From NCBI GenBank assembly GCA_003649205.1, contig QMRC01000001.1:32001-96000 (forward strand): 64,000 nt of DNA, given 5' to 3'. The notes beneath the pieces are model-generated. The model ran no database searches. It was not told the origin of the DNA and saw only the letters and a program-made list of their open reading frames with translations. Of the stretch, positions 10,490 to 21,253 are shown piece after piece. Position 1 is the first letter of the stretch. Each line of letters opens with the position of its first letter. Both the position numbers and the translations under genes were made by a program. This DNA comes from Thermoprotei archaeon (GTDB taxonomy: Archaea > Thermoproteota > Thermoprotei > Thermoproteales > B15-G16).

Positions 10490-11179
10490 TTATGAACATT
10501 GCCTATAGTCTTCACTCGCTCTCGCTCTAGCATATGGGCAGAGAGTGAGTAGTGGGCAATTACTGCACTGTGGATCTCTTGCTCTGCAAATCTCTCTACC
10601 AAACTCTATGAGTGCTAGATGCGCTCTAGCCATTAGTAGGTAGTCTCCACCAATAGCTTCCTCTAGAATCCTCCTTGTTTGTTCATAGCTTCCATCCGAT
10701 ACACCTAGCCTACGACATATCCTAGCTATGTGGGTATCCACTGGCATTACAGGTCTCTTAGCGTAGAAGAGAAGCACTATATCGGCAGTTTTCTTACCGA
10801 CACCTGGTAACTCCATTAGCAACTTCCTAGCTACATCCGTAGGTAGGTCCTTGATGAAGTCTAATCTACCTCCAAATCTTTCAACAACCACCTTAGATAA
10901 CTCAACTATATTTCTTGCACGAATGTACTGCATACCTGCTGGTTTAACAGCCTCAGCCACTTCCTCAACACTAGCTCTTGCTAGGTAATTTGGTACTAAT
11001 TTGAACTTCGACGTTAAGTTCCTAAATGCTCTTTCTGCATTCCTAGCTGTGGTATTTTGAGATAGTATTGCCTCTATCAAGAGCTCAAATACGTCATCAC
11101 TGAACTCAGGTTCTGGAGAGTACATAGCTAGTACTGTCCTTACCAGCTTCCTTGCCTTATCTACAACCTCCTCACTCAT
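10490..11179 (-). CDS. nth: Endonuclease III (HhH-GPD DNA glycosylase)
   Basis: ILSQNT, HhH motif LPGVGKKTA, PVDTH, C-x6-C-x2-C-x5-C FeS motif. Confidence 0.9.
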   Translation of the reverse strand: MSEEVVDKARKLVRTVLAMYSPEPEFSDDVFELLIEAILSQNTTARNAERAFRNLTSKFKLVPNYLARASVEEVAEAVKPAGMQYIRARNIVELSKVVVERFGGRLDFIKDLPTDVARKLLMELPGVGKKTADIVLLFYAKRPVMPVDTHIARICRRLGVSDGSYEQTRRILEEAIGGDYLLMARAHLALIEFGREICRARDPQCSNCPLLTLCPYARARASEDYRQCS

Positions 11180-11271
11180 CGAGCAACTTCACCTCACAAC
11201 CTCACTTCACCTATGTACAACATAGGGTAATACCTAAGTTCTATGTGTTCCTTAAGTCTGTGGGTTAGAGC

Positions 11272-11820
11272 ATGCTACGTGAGTACTTAATACTGAGTCG
11301 TGGTGGTCAAGGTGGTGTCACTGCCTCTAGGATACTAGCTCATGCTGCTGCTATAGAGGGTAAGTACTCACAGGCTATGCCTGAGTTCGGTGCTGAGAGG
11401 AGGGGTGCTATTGTTAGAAGTTACCTCAGGATATCTGATAAACCAATTAGAGTGCACTCAGTGGTTAAGAGAGCTGATGCTGTTGCGGTTTTCAGTTCTA
11501 AGGTCCTCAATTTAGTTGATGTAGCTAAGTACTGTAAGGAAGGAGCAGCCGTAATAGTTAACTCAGCAACCGAGAGGAGAGTTAGCACATTTAAGACGTA
11601 CGTAATCAATGCCACTAAGATAGCTACTGACCTAGGTCTCGTCGTAGCTGGGTGGCCTGTCGTGAATACAGCCATGGCGGGAGCTATGGCGAGAGTACTC
11701 GAAATATGTTCGTTGGATACTCTGTTAACCGTAATGGAGAATTACTTCAGTGGCAAGATCTTAGAATTGAACCGTGAAGCAGCTAAGCTAGCTTGGTCTA
11801 GCGTTAGGGAGGTTGGTTAA
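11272..11820 (+). CDS. porG: 2-oxoacid:ferredoxin oxidoreductase gamma subunit
   Basis: RGGQGGVTA, FGAERRGA, NTAMAGA. Confidence 0.9.
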   Translation: MLREYLILSRGGQGGVTASRILAHAAAIEGKYSQAMPEFGAERRGAIVRSYLRISDKPIRVHSVVKRADAVAVFSSKVLNLVDVAKYCKEGAAVIVNSATERRVSTFKTYVINATKIATDLGLVVAGWPVVNTAMAGAMARVLEICSLDTLLTVMENYFSGKILELNREAAKLAWSSVREVG

Positions 11821-12124
11821 TGTAATGACTAGTGAAGTACCTATTGATGTGAGTAGGGAAATAGCTAGAGTAAATGAGCTACTTCTCTCAAAACCTTCAC
11901 CAGGTGCAGCGGGTAGGACAGGTACATGGAGACTTATGAAACCTGTACTCGATAGTAGTAAGTGTGTTAAGTGTGGTCTCTGTTGGCTCTACTGTCCTGA
12001 TGAAGTTATTGAATGGAGTCCAGGAACTGAACCAAGAATAGACTACGACTACTGTAAGGGTTGTGGTATCTGTGCTAGTGTTTGTCCAAAGGGTGCTATT
12101 ACCATGGTGATAGAGGGTGAGTAG
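11813..12124 (+). CDS. porD: 2-oxoacid:ferredoxin oxidoreductase delta subunit (2x 4Fe-4S)
   Basis: TGTWR...KP, CVKCGLCWLYCP, DYDYCKGCGICASVCP. Confidence 0.92.
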   Translation: MVNVMTSEVPIDVSREIARVNELLLSKPSPGAAGRTGTWRLMKPVLDSSKCVKCGLCWLYCPDEVIEWSPGTEPRIDYDYCKGCGICASVCPKGAITMVIEGE

Positions 12125-12126
12125 CT

Positions 12127-13305
12127 ATGAGGAAGGTACTTACAGGTAACTATGCTGTTGCTGAAGCTGTTAAGCTAGCTAGAGCAAAGGTCATAGCAGC
12201 TTACCCGATAACACCACAGACAACAATCGTTGAGAAGCTTGCTGAGATGATTGAGAGAGGTGAGCTAGATGCTGAGTACATCAGAGTTGAGTCAGAGCAC
12301 TCAGCACTAGCGGCTATCTACGGAGCTGCGCTAGGTGGTGCTAGGGTCTTCACAGCTACTTCTAGCCATGGTTTGCTGTACATGTACGAGATGTTGTGGT
12401 GGGTTGCCTACGGTAGGGTACCACTTGTGATGGCGGTTGTAACGAGGGCTATTGGGCCTCCGTGGAATATACACTCAGATCACCAAGACATACTTACTGT
12501 CAGGGATTCAGGTTGGTTAATTGCTATGGCTGAGAACGTACAGGAGGCATTTGATTTGACGTTACAAGCCTTTAAGATTAGTGAGGATGAGAGAGCTCTC
12601 CTACCGGTGGTGATTGGTTTAGATGCGTTCACAGTTAGTCACACAGCTGAACCTGTTGAGGTTCCTGAACAGAAGGTCGTTGATGATTGGTTACCACCTA
12701 GGAGACCTCTACCGTATGTACTTGAGCCTGGTAAGGTATTTGCTGTTGGTAATCTAGGTCCTGATGAGGTGTCTATGGAGCTTAGGTGGTTGATGTGGAG
12801 AGCTATGGAGAGGAGTAGGGAGGTTATTAGGGAGGTTGATAGAGAGTTCGGTAAGGTATTTGGTAGGTCTTATGGTGGTCTCGTTGAGTGTTATAGGACT
12901 GAGAGTGCGAAGTACATTGTCGTTACTTGGGGTGCTTGGTCAGGTGATGTTAAGGAAGCAGTTGATATTCTTCGTGAGAAAGGTGTTGATATTGGTTTGG
13001 TTAGGATTAGGTTCGTGAGGCCATTCCCTGTTGAGGAACTGAGAGCTGTGTGCTCGTCAGCTAGGGCTGTCTTGGTGGTTGATAGAGCTGTTTCGCTTGG
13101 CTTGAGGGGTGTGCTGGGTATTGAGGTTGAAGCTGTACTAGGGTCTAAGGTACCGATCAAGAACGTTATTGCTGGTCTCGGTGGTGTTGATGTTGGGTAT
13201 GATGACTTCGTTAGGATAATGGAGGGTTTTGTTCATGAATTTGAGAGTGGACTTACGGATCGTTGGGTAAAGTCAAGTTGGTACATGCCGTGGATAAAAG
13301 GATAG
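12127..13305 (+). CDS. porA: 2-oxoacid:ferredoxin oxidoreductase alpha subunit
   Basis: AYPITPQT, VESEHSA, TATSS, RPFP. Substrate specificity (pyruvate versus other 2-oxoacids) cannot be determined. Confidence 0.92.
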   Translation: MRKVLTGNYAVAEAVKLARAKVIAAYPITPQTTIVEKLAEMIERGELDAEYIRVESEHSALAAIYGAALGGARVFTATSSHGLLYMYEMLWWVAYGRVPLVMAVVTRAIGPPWNIHSDHQDILTVRDSGWLIAMAENVQEAFDLTLQAFKISEDERALLPVVIGLDAFTVSHTAEPVEVPEQKVVDDWLPPRRPLPYVLEPGKVFAVGNLGPDEVSMELRWLMWRAMERSREVIREVDREFGKVFGRSYGGLVECYRTESAKYIVVTWGAWSGDVKEAVDILREKGVDIGLVRIRFVRPFPVEELRAVCSSARAVLVVDRAVSLGLRGVLGIEVEAVLGSKVPIKNVIAGLGGVDVGYDDFVRIMEGFVHEFESGLTDRWVKSSWYMPWIKG

Positions 13306-13319
13306 GAGGTGAGTCTCGT

Positions 13320-14222
13320 CTGTCCCTTGCTGAGTTAGTCAAGGGTCCGAAGGGAGTTCTTCCTGGTAATCCTGCTTGTATGGGTTGTCCACATAATCTA
13401 GGACTTAAGATACTTGGTAGGGTTCTCGGTGATAGAGCTATATTGGTTGTGCCTGCTGGTTGTACATCGATTATCTCTGGCGTATATCCTAGGGAAGGAA
13501 TTAACATGCCGATAGTTCACGTGCCATTTGCCTCAGCTGCTGCTGTTGCATCTGGTCTTTCAAGGGCTCTCAAGATAGCTGGTAAGGATGGTATTGTTGT
13601 TGTTTGGTCTGGTGATGGTGGTGCAGCTGACATTGGTTTCGCTACATTAAGCGGTGCAGCTGTTAGGGATGAGAATATCCTTGTCATTGTGAGTGATAAC
13701 GAGGCATACATGAATACTGGCATCCAGGCAAGTGGAACAACATTTTGGAGAGCGAGAACAACGACGACACCTATCTATGGCAAGACTGAGGAGCGCAAGG
13801 ACCTAGCATTGATAATGCTAGTGCATAGAGTACCGTACGTAGCTACAGCTAGTGTAGGTTACCCTCTTGACTTTGCCCAGAAACTGAAGAGAGCGGCATC
13901 CATTAGAGGATTTAAATTCATTCATCTACATAGCCCGTGTCCACCTGGTTGGAGGTTTGACCCCAGCAAGACTATTGAGGTAGCTAAACTAGCTGTTGAA
14001 ACAGGGGCATGGATTCTCTGGGAGTACTGCAGTGGAAAGTTCACGATAAGTCCACTCAGTAGACCGTACATGGATAAGGCACGGAGGAAGCCAATTAAGG
14101 AATACCTAAGACTTCAAGGTCGTTTCGCACACTTAACTGATCGAGATATTGAGGAAATTGAGCGTAAAGTAGATGAGCAGTGTAGGTTCTTCCTTGAGCT
14201 AGAGAAGATTCTCAGTAAGTAG
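13320..14222 (+). CDS. porB: 2-oxoacid:ferredoxin oxidoreductase beta subunit (TPP-binding); probable CTG start at 13320 (track start 13263)
   Basis: ACMGC, GDGG...DIG, DNEAYMNTGIQ, SPCPPGW. A GGAGGTGA RBS lies 7 nt before CTG 13320. Confidence 0.9.
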   Translation: MSLAELVKGPKGVLPGNPACMGCPHNLGLKILGRVLGDRAILVVPAGCTSIISGVYPREGINMPIVHVPFASAAAVASGLSRALKIAGKDGIVVVWSGDGGAADIGFATLSGAAVRDENILVIVSDNEAYMNTGIQASGTTFWRARTTTTPIYGKTEERKDLALIMLVHRVPYVATASVGYPLDFAQKLKRAASIRGFKFIHLHSPCPPGWRFDPSKTIEVAKLAVETGAWILWEYCSGKFTISPLSRPYMDKARRKPIKEYLRLQGRFAHLTDRDIEEIERKVDEQCRFFLELEKILSK

Positions 14223-14309
14223 TTCTTTACAATTAAGTGCTTCACTGGTGTGGAGTTACAGTAATTAATTAGGTTCTCGCCCCTTCTTACAGTTCGTGGT
14301 GTTTTTCCT

Positions 14310-15671
14310 ATGTCATTTAATGAGTACGGTAGCTACTCAGACGATGTTAAGAAGCTGCTGAAGGGTATTGATGCTAGAGTATTTGATAAGGTTAGAGTCC
14401 ACCTCAAGTCAGGTCAAGTACTTGAAGGTCTTGTGTTGCCGAGACCTGAGTACGGATCTCTTGACTGTCTCGTTATCAAGCTAGATAATGGCTACAACGT
14501 CGGTATTCACATTAATAATATTGAGAGAATTGAGCTCGTAGCTAAGGGTGTGGAAGCAGTTATTAAGTATCCTCCACCACCCAGTAAGGTAGCTGAGTTA
14601 CCTAAGGTAGCTGTTCTCGGTACTGGTGGTACCATACTATCGAAGGTTGACTATGTATCAGGTGCGGTGTACCCAACGTTCTCTGCTGAAGACATATACG
14701 GTATGGTACCTGAGCTACAGGACCTAGCAAATCTCGATATTGAGATGGTGTTCTCGATTTTTAGCGAGGACATGACGCCGCAGCACTGGGAGAAGTTAGC
14801 TCAAGTTATTGAGAGAAAGTTCAGGAATGGTTGTAGAGGTATAGTAGTATTCCATGGTACAGATACCATGGGTTACTCAGCTGCTGCTATGGCTTTTGCA
14901 GTGAGAAATGCTCCAGGGCCAGTAGTCTTCGTCGGTGCTCAGAGATCAAGTGATAGACCATCTACAGATGCTGTCATGAACGTGATATGTGCTGTCACAG
15001 TTGCTGTGAAAGCACCCTTTGCAGAGTCAGTTGTGTGTATGCACGGTGAGTCAGGTGATACCTATGCTCTAGTTCATAGAGGTGTTCGAGTTAGGAAGAT
15101 GCATACGAGTAGGAGAGATGCATTTAGATCAATAAACGACATCCCACTAGCTAAGGTTGAGGGTAGTGAGATAGTGGTCATTAATAGGAAGTACATTCCG
15201 AGATCTAAGTCAATCGATGACATGATTTGCATGCCAAAGTTCGACAATAAGACCGTACTACTCAAGTTCTATCCCGGTATGCAGCCAGATATCATAGACT
15301 ACCTCGTTGACAAGGGTTATCACGGAATTGTGCTTGAGGGTACTGGTCTAGGTCATGTTGGTCAGCAATTGCTGAAGTCTATTAGGAGAGCAATTGAGAT
15401 GGGGATACCTGTTGTAATGACGTCTCAATGCCTCTATGGTAGGATAAACATGAATGTGTATAGGAGGGGTGTTGAACTACTTAAGATGGGTGTCATACCG
15501 GGGCACGATATGTTACCTGAGACAGCATACGTCAAGTTGTCTTGGGTGCTAGCTCAGACACGTGACCTAGATGAGGTTAGAAAGCTCATGACTGCACCTA
15601 TAGTATACGAGATCAATCCGACGACGAGTTACGTAACCTATCCACAGGTGTACCAGGAGGTGACTATGTGA
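14310..15671 (+). CDS. gatD: Glu-tRNA(Gln) amidotransferase subunit D
   Basis: KLDNGYNVG, GTGGTI, HGTDT, GAQRSSDRPS, KMHTSRRDAF. Confidence 0.96.
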   Translation: MSFNEYGSYSDDVKKLLKGIDARVFDKVRVHLKSGQVLEGLVLPRPEYGSLDCLVIKLDNGYNVGIHINNIERIELVAKGVEAVIKYPPPPSKVAELPKVAVLGTGGTILSKVDYVSGAVYPTFSAEDIYGMVPELQDLANLDIEMVFSIFSEDMTPQHWEKLAQVIERKFRNGCRGIVVFHGTDTMGYSAAAMAFAVRNAPGPVVFVGAQRSSDRPSTDAVMNVICAVTVAVKAPFAESVVCMHGESGDTYALVHRGVRVRKMHTSRRDAFRSINDIPLAKVEGSEIVVINRKYIPRSKSIDDMICMPKFDNKTVLLKFYPGMQPDIIDYLVDKGYHGIVLEGTGLGHVGQQLLKSIRRAIEMGIPVVMTSQCLYGRINMNVYRRGVELLKMGVIPGHDMLPETAYVKLSWVLAQTRDLDEVRKLMTAPIVYEINPTTSYVTYPQVYQEVTM

Positions 15672-17584
15672 GGATCGATTACGAGAAACTTGGTCTAAAG
15701 GTTGGTCTTGAATTTCATAGACAGCTAGATACGGGTAGGAAGCTATTCTGTGAATGCCCTCCAATACTTAGAAATGACCCTCCAGACATTGTCATTAGGA
15801 GGGTGCTAAGACCATCACTTAGCGAACTAGGTAGAGTTGACCCAGCTGCTGTTTGGGAGTTCAGAAAGAAGAGAGTATTCATATACGAAGCATACAGCGA
15901 CACTACTTGTCTCGTTGAACTCGATGAGGAGCCCCCTCACGATATGGATCCTGAATCGCTTAAGGTAGTTATTGCTGTAGCTAAGAGATTGAAGTCAAGG
16001 GTACTCGATGAGATACATACGATGAGGAAGATAGTTATTGATGGTTCTAACACAACAGGTTTCCAGAGAACAGCACTCGTAGCTATAGGTGGTGAAGTTG
16101 ACGTCTATGGACTTAAGGTACCTATTCAGACTATCTGTCTTGAGGAAGATGCTGCACGTAAGATAAGAGAGAGCGAGTACGAGGTAGTGTATCGCCTAGA
16201 TAGGTTCGGTATTCCACTTATTGAGATAGCTACAGGACCTGTAATGAGGACACCTGAGCAAGTTTACGAGGTAGCTAAGTACATTGGTGTGCTGCTGAAG
16301 CTAACAGGTAAGGTGAAGAGAGGTATTGGATCCATAAGGCAAGACCTAAACATATCGATCGTGGGTGGCGCTAGGGTAGAGATCAAGGGTGTTCAAGAGC
16401 TTGAGCTACTACCCAAGATAGTTGAGTACGAGGTACTGAGACAACTGAACCTAATCAAGATTACGCGGGAACTCAGGAATAGAGGTGCTAGAGAAGAGGA
16501 CTATACATTGAGCAACGTTGTAGACGTGACATCGATCTTCCAGAACACTAAGTGCAGAGTGATAAGGAAAGCTCTTGAGAAGGGAGGTGTAGTATTAGCT
16601 CTTAAGTTACCAAAACTAAGGAAATTGTTGGGTTACGAAATTCAACCTGGTAGGAGATTTGCTACCGAGCTAGCTGATAGAGCACGAGTCTGGGCTGGTG
16701 TTAAAGGTCTGTTCCACTGTGATGAACTACCAGCATACGGAATATCTTCAGATGAAGTTCGTTCAGTCGAGGAGAAGCTAGGTATTGGACCACATGACGG
16801 ATACATCCTGATAGCAGGTAACCCAATTGACGTAGAGGAGGCCTTCAAGGTAATAATTGAGCGAGTTAGAGAAGCAATATACGGTATTCCTGAGGAGACT
16901 AGAGCAGCTAATCCAGATGGTACAACGCACTTCATGAGACCAAGACCAGGAGCAGCTAGAATGTACCCAGAGACAGATGTTCGCCCTGTATATATAACGA
17001 TCGAATTTGAGAAGGAAGCGGAGAAGTACATACCTGAGTACCCAGATGAGCTTCTCGAGAGGCTAACTAAGGAATTAAACCTACCGAGAGAACTAGCTGA
17101 GCCGTTACTAGATTCACCACACCTATACCTTTTCGAGAGGATAGTCAAGAAGCTAGGTATCAACCCAGTACTCGTAGCATCAGTACTAGTCAATACGCTA
17201 CGGTACCTAAAGAGGGAGGGAATACCAGTAGACAACATCAGTGATTACGCTCTATTTGAGGTATTTAGGTTAGTTAGAGAAGGTGAGATATCTAAGGAAG
17301 CTGTACCAGAGATATTGAAGTACTTAGCTCAGAACCCATCATCATCAGTTAAGGAAGCTATCGAAAAGCTTGGATTGAGGAAAGTGAAGTTAAGCGAGTT
17401 AGTTAAGGATATCGATGCTATTGTAGAGGAGTACAGGAACTTAATACTTGAGAGGGGTGAACGAGCAATCTCCACCCTAATGGGTGTGCTCATGAAGAAG
17501 TACCGTGGTAGAGTAGATGGTAAAGTTGTGTATGAATTACTTCATGAGAGAGTAAGAAAGGTACTAGAGGAGAAAGGTGTGTAG
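15668..17584 (+). CDS. gatE: Glu-tRNA(Gln) amidotransferase subunit E
   Basis: GLKVGLEFHRQL, DEEPPH, DGSNTTGFQRT, IRQDLNISI, RPGAARMYPETD. Confidence 0.96.
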   Translation: MRIDYEKLGLKVGLEFHRQLDTGRKLFCECPPILRNDPPDIVIRRVLRPSLSELGRVDPAAVWEFRKKRVFIYEAYSDTTCLVELDEEPPHDMDPESLKVVIAVAKRLKSRVLDEIHTMRKIVIDGSNTTGFQRTALVAIGGEVDVYGLKVPIQTICLEEDAARKIRESEYEVVYRLDRFGIPLIEIATGPVMRTPEQVYEVAKYIGVLLKLTGKVKRGIGSIRQDLNISIVGGARVEIKGVQELELLPKIVEYEVLRQLNLIKITRELRNRGAREEDYTLSNVVDVTSIFQNTKCRVIRKALEKGGVVLALKLPKLRKLLGYEIQPGRRFATELADRARVWAGVKGLFHCDELPAYGISSDEVRSVEEKLGIGPHDGYILIAGNPIDVEEAFKVIIERVREAIYGIPEETRAANPDGTTHFMRPRPGAARMYPETDVRPVYITIEFEKEAEKYIPEYPDELLERLTKELNLPRELAEPLLDSPHLYLFERIVKKLGINPVLVASVLVNTLRYLKREGIPVDNISDYALFEVFRLVREGEISKEAVPEILKYLAQNPSSSVKEAIEKLGLRKVKLSELVKDIDAIVEEYRNLILERGERAISTLMGVLMKKYRGRVDGKVVYELLHERVRKVLEEKGV

Positions 17585-17648
17585 CGAGTTAGAAATGTTT
17601 TTAAAAGTAGCTCTAGACTTGTGTTGTTAGATGATGTGAGGTGATACA

Positions 17649-18863
17649 ATGAGTAAACCTGATATCGTGTACATAGTTGAGACAGTTGGTGGAGTACTAG
17701 CTGTTGATGAGAATGGTCAAGTGATTGAGAAAGTACCCTTTGAACGTGATCCAGATAAGATAGCAGATAAGTTCATGGCACTTGAAGGTGGAGATCTAAT
17801 CGATGAAGTAAAGGAGTTATGTAGGAGGCTGAGAGAGAAAGGTATTAAGACCATAGTTGTTGAAGATGAGGAAATAGCCAGAAGAATAGCATCTAACTTC
17901 CCAGGTCTTGAAGTAAGGGTAGAGAAACCAAGTAGAGGAGGTACAATCGTTAGAAAAGACCCAACCAAGTACGCACCGGAGTTCGGTCTATCACCTGAAG
18001 AATTCCGAAAGTTACTCTTCGAAGCAACAGTTATAGAAACTAGGAAGAAGGTTAGGAAAGCAGCAGAGAAGAGAGACCTATTCATCGCACAGGCAATATC
18101 TGCAATCGACGACATAGACAAGACACTAAACCTATTCTCATCAAGATTAAGGGAGTGGTATAGCCTACACTTCCCAGAGCTAAATGACATGGTTAGAGAT
18201 CACGAAGACTTCGTCAGATTAGTCTATGAGCTAGGTCATAGATCAAACTTCAGTAAGGAGAAGCTAACGAAACTAGGTATACCACCAGCAAGAGCTGAGA
18301 GAATAGCAGAGGCAGCAAAGAAGAGCATGGGTGCAGAGATGACAGACTTCGACCTTGGACCTATCAAGCTAGTTGCAGGTATTACACTACAGCTATTTGA
18401 CATAAGGAGGAAGCTAGCAAGTTACATAGACGAAGCAATGAAGGAAGTAGCACCAAACATCAGAGAGCTAGTTGGACCACTACTAGGTGCTAGATTGATC
18501 AAGCTAGCAGGAGGACTAATGAAGTTAGCTATGTTACCAGCAAGTACCATACAGGTACTAGGTGCTGAGAAGGCACTCTTCAGAGCATTGAGAACAGGAG
18601 GTAAACCACCAAAGCACGGAGTAATCTTCCAGTTCCCAGCTATCTTCAGATCACCAAGATGGCAGAGAGGTAAGATCGCTAGAGCACTAGCAGCAAAGTT
18701 AGCTATAGCAGCTAGAGTAGATGCATTCACAGGACAATTCATAGCACCAAAGCTCAAGGAGGATCTAATGAAGAGAATCGAAGAGATCAAGAGACTATAT
18801 GCAAAACCACCACCGAGAAAACCAGAAGCAAGACCAACAAGGAGACCAACCAGAAGGAGATAA
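17649..18863 (+). CDS. nop5: Box C/D RNP protein Nop5 (Nop56/58)
   Basis: REWYSLHFPEL, PASTIQVLGAEKALF, PPKHG, RGKIARALAAK. Confidence 0.96.
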   Translation: MSKPDIVYIVETVGGVLAVDENGQVIEKVPFERDPDKIADKFMALEGGDLIDEVKELCRRLREKGIKTIVVEDEEIARRIASNFPGLEVRVEKPSRGGTIVRKDPTKYAPEFGLSPEEFRKLLFEATVIETRKKVRKAAEKRDLFIAQAISAIDDIDKTLNLFSSRLREWYSLHFPELNDMVRDHEDFVRLVYELGHRSNFSKEKLTKLGIPPARAERIAEAAKKSMGAEMTDFDLGPIKLVAGITLQLFDIRRKLASYIDEAMKEVAPNIRELVGPLLGARLIKLAGGLMKLAMLPASTIQVLGAEKALFRALRTGGKPPKHGVIFQFPAIFRSPRWQRGKIARALAAKLAIAARVDAFTGQFIAPKLKEDLMKRIEEIKRLYAKPPPRKPEARPTRRPTRRR

Positions 18864-18964
18864 CCAAATACCCATCCTTTCCACCTCATCCCTTTACCAC
18901 ATACACTAGAGTTAGACCAAAAGTTTAAACTCCGTACACAAAGTGAGAAATGTGGTGAAGTAAT

Positions 18965-19681
18965 ATGTCAAGTCTGATAAAGCCTGTTGAGGTTAGACCT
19001 CACGAGAAGTTTGAGGGTATTTACTGGGTTAAGTTCGAGGATGGTTCTGAGAAGTTAGCAACAAAGAACCTAACACCTGGTAAGAGAGTGTATGGTGAGC
19101 AATTAGTTGTTTGGGAAGGTGAGGAGTACAGAATATGGAATCCGTACAGGAGCAAGCTAGCAGCAGCAATACTGAAGGGTCTACAGGTAATGCCAATTAA
19201 GAGAGGGATGAAGATACTGTACCTAGGTGCTGCATCAGGTACAACCTCAAGCCACATATCTGATATCGTAGGACCTGAAGGAGTGGTATACGCGGTTGAG
19301 TTCTCACCAAGAGTATTTAGGGAGTTCATGGAGAAGTGTATTGACCAGGGAAGAACAAACATGATACCAATACTAGCTGATGCTAGGTACCCATGGCAGT
19401 ACAGACACATTGTGGAGGAAGTAGATCTGGTATACATCGACATTGCACAGCCATTCCAAGCAAAGATACTAGCTGACAACGCTGACTTCTTCCTAAAGAG
19501 CGGTGGATGGGTAATGCAAGCAATTAAGGCAATGAGCATTGACGTCACAAGAGAACCTTCAGAAACGTACAAGCAGGAGATTGAGCATTTAAAGCAGAGA
19601 GGCTACGAGATACTAGATCAAGTACACCTAGAGCCATATGATGTAGCTCATGCCTTCATAGTGGGTAAGAGAGTTAAGTAG
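18965..19681 (+). CDS. flpA: Fibrillarin rRNA/tRNA 2'-O-methyltransferase
   Basis: [29 protein letters not shown]. Confidence 0.97.
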   Translation: MSSLIKPVEVRPHEKFEGIYWVKFEDGSEKLATKNLTPGKRVYGEQLVVWEGEEYRIWNPYRSKLAAAILKGLQVMPIKRGMKILYLGAASGTTSSHISDIVGPEGVVYAVEFSPRVFREFMEKCIDQGRTNMIPILADARYPWQYRHIVEEVDLVYIDIAQPFQAKILADNADFFLKSGGWVMQAIKAMSIDVTREPSETYKQEIEHLKQRGYEILDQVHLEPYDVAHAFIVGKRVK

Positions 19682-19753
19682 TCAAAGTAACCACTGCTAC
19701 ACAATATCTTAAACTAAATGTTTTTATTTTAATTGACAAAGGTTTTAACCAGC

Positions 19754-20698
19754 ATGGAGCACGAATTAATAATTAATGTAGTTCAAGTCCTGCGTAAAAC
19801 AAGTGATGAGGTAAGTGCTATAAGTTCATCACATCGCAAGTACTCATTCAATGTAGTTGCTAAGAATGTCAAGGGTAAGAACTTAGTACTCTCAGTAACT
19901 GCTGATGTTGACAGAGTTAGTAAGAGAGCTGTTAAGGATCTCGTAGTCCTATCATACACAACTAAGTCAGTACCTCTAATCGTCAGTAATAAGTGTAAGG
20001 GTAAGGAGCTTGCTGAAGGTGTTGTATACAAGAGGTTCGGTATCTATACAATAAACTTTGAGACGTTTAAAGATATGCTAGAGGAAGAGAAGTATCCTCA
20101 GTTCTATTCCGAGAAGGGAGGTATCTACGTTAGAATTAAGGGTAGGGTACTTAGGCAATTGAGAGAGAAGTACAATCTCTCACTCGGTGAAGTAGCTAGA
20201 TCAATAGGCTTAACCAGGAAAGCAATATACGAGTACGAGAGGGATAGCATGGATGCTTCTGCTGCTGTTGCCCAGAAGCTAATTGAGTTATTTGGTGAGG
20301 AAATTATTGAGGAGATAAATCCAATGGAGTGGAATATCAGTAAGGAAGAACTTCATAGATTGATCGATGAGAATAGGGAGATTAGTAAGCTGAGTAAGAG
20401 TGTTAGAGAGGTATTTCCCGAAGACGACTATGAGTTGTATGAACTTTACCGGTGTCCCTTTGATGCTGTTGCACATAGTAAGCACGAGAACATATTTCTT
20501 AAGGTAATCTACAGCAGAGAAGGTAGGAGGATTCAGAGAGGAGATATTAGTGAGGTTACTGTAATAGGTGAAGTCGCTAGAGTTCTAGACGCGAAACTAG
20601 CTTTCTTAGTTCCTGATAGGAATACCTACGAGTTAGTTAGAGATGCTATACCTAGTGATGTTGAGTGTGAGATACTGACTAGCAGTGAGAAGAGGTGA
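19754..20698 (+). CDS. Conserved archaeal Cro/CI-type HTH transcriptional regulator (track start 19733)
   Basis: GVVYKRFGI, KGGIYVRI, LRQLREKYNLSLGEVA...RKAIYEYE, CPFDA. Confidence 0.75.
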   Translation: MEHELIINVVQVLRKTSDEVSAISSSHRKYSFNVVAKNVKGKNLVLSVTADVDRVSKRAVKDLVVLSYTTKSVPLIVSNKCKGKELAEGVVYKRFGIYTINFETFKDMLEEEKYPQFYSEKGGIYVRIKGRVLRQLREKYNLSLGEVARSIGLTRKAIYEYERDSMDASAAVAQKLIELFGEEIIEEINPMEWNISKEELHRLIDENREISKLSKSVREVFPEDDYELYELYRCPFDAVAHSKHENIFLKVIYSREGRRIQRGDISEVTVIGEVARVLDAKLAFLVPDRNTYELVRDAIPSDVECEILTSSEKR

Positions 20699-20704
20699 CG
20701 TGAG

Positions 20705-21253
20705 ATACCAATCAAGGTCTTGATAACAGGGAGGCCTGGAATTGGTAAGACCACAGCTATTAAGAAGGTAGCTGACTTACTTAGGACGAGAGGAGTTAAG
20801 GTAGGTGGTATGATAACTCTCGAAGTTAGGGAAAGAGGTAGGAGAGTTGGATTTAAGATAGTTGACTTAGCTACAGGTCGTGAAGGAGTTCTAGCGTGGG
20901 TAGGTTCCTCCGGAGGACCACGCGTTGGTAAGTATGTAGTCAATCTTAGGGATCTAGAGGATGTAGGTGTGAGAGCAATCTTAGATGCTATCGAGTTTGC
21001 TGAAGTTGTGTTCTGTGATGAGATTGGCCCCATGGAGTTGCACTCAGATAAGTTTAAGGAAGCAATTGAAAGAGCTTTGGCATCAGATAAGCAATTTGTA
21101 GGTACCATACATATCAGGGCAGATCGTGATCCATTCTGTAGGTACCTAAAGGAGAGGTACAGACTTAAGATCATCGAGTTAACTCTAGCAAATAGGGACC
21201 GTATACCGCTAGAGATAAGTTCCGAAATTCTTAGGGTACTTGGAAGGACATGA
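20705..21253 (+). CDS. NTPase, THEP1/NTPase_1 family; probable ATA start at 20705 (track start 20720)
   Basis: ITGRPGIGKTT, GGMITLEVR..RVGF, RVGKYVV, DEIGPMEL. Confidence 0.9.
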   Translation: MPIKVLITGRPGIGKTTAIKKVADLLRTRGVKVGGMITLEVRERGRRVGFKIVDLATGREGVLAWVGSSGGPRVGKYVVNLRDLEDVGVRAILDAIEFAEVVFCDEIGPMELHSDKFKEAIERALASDKQFVGTIHIRADRDPFCRYLKERYRLKIIELTLANRDRIPLEISSEILRVLGRT

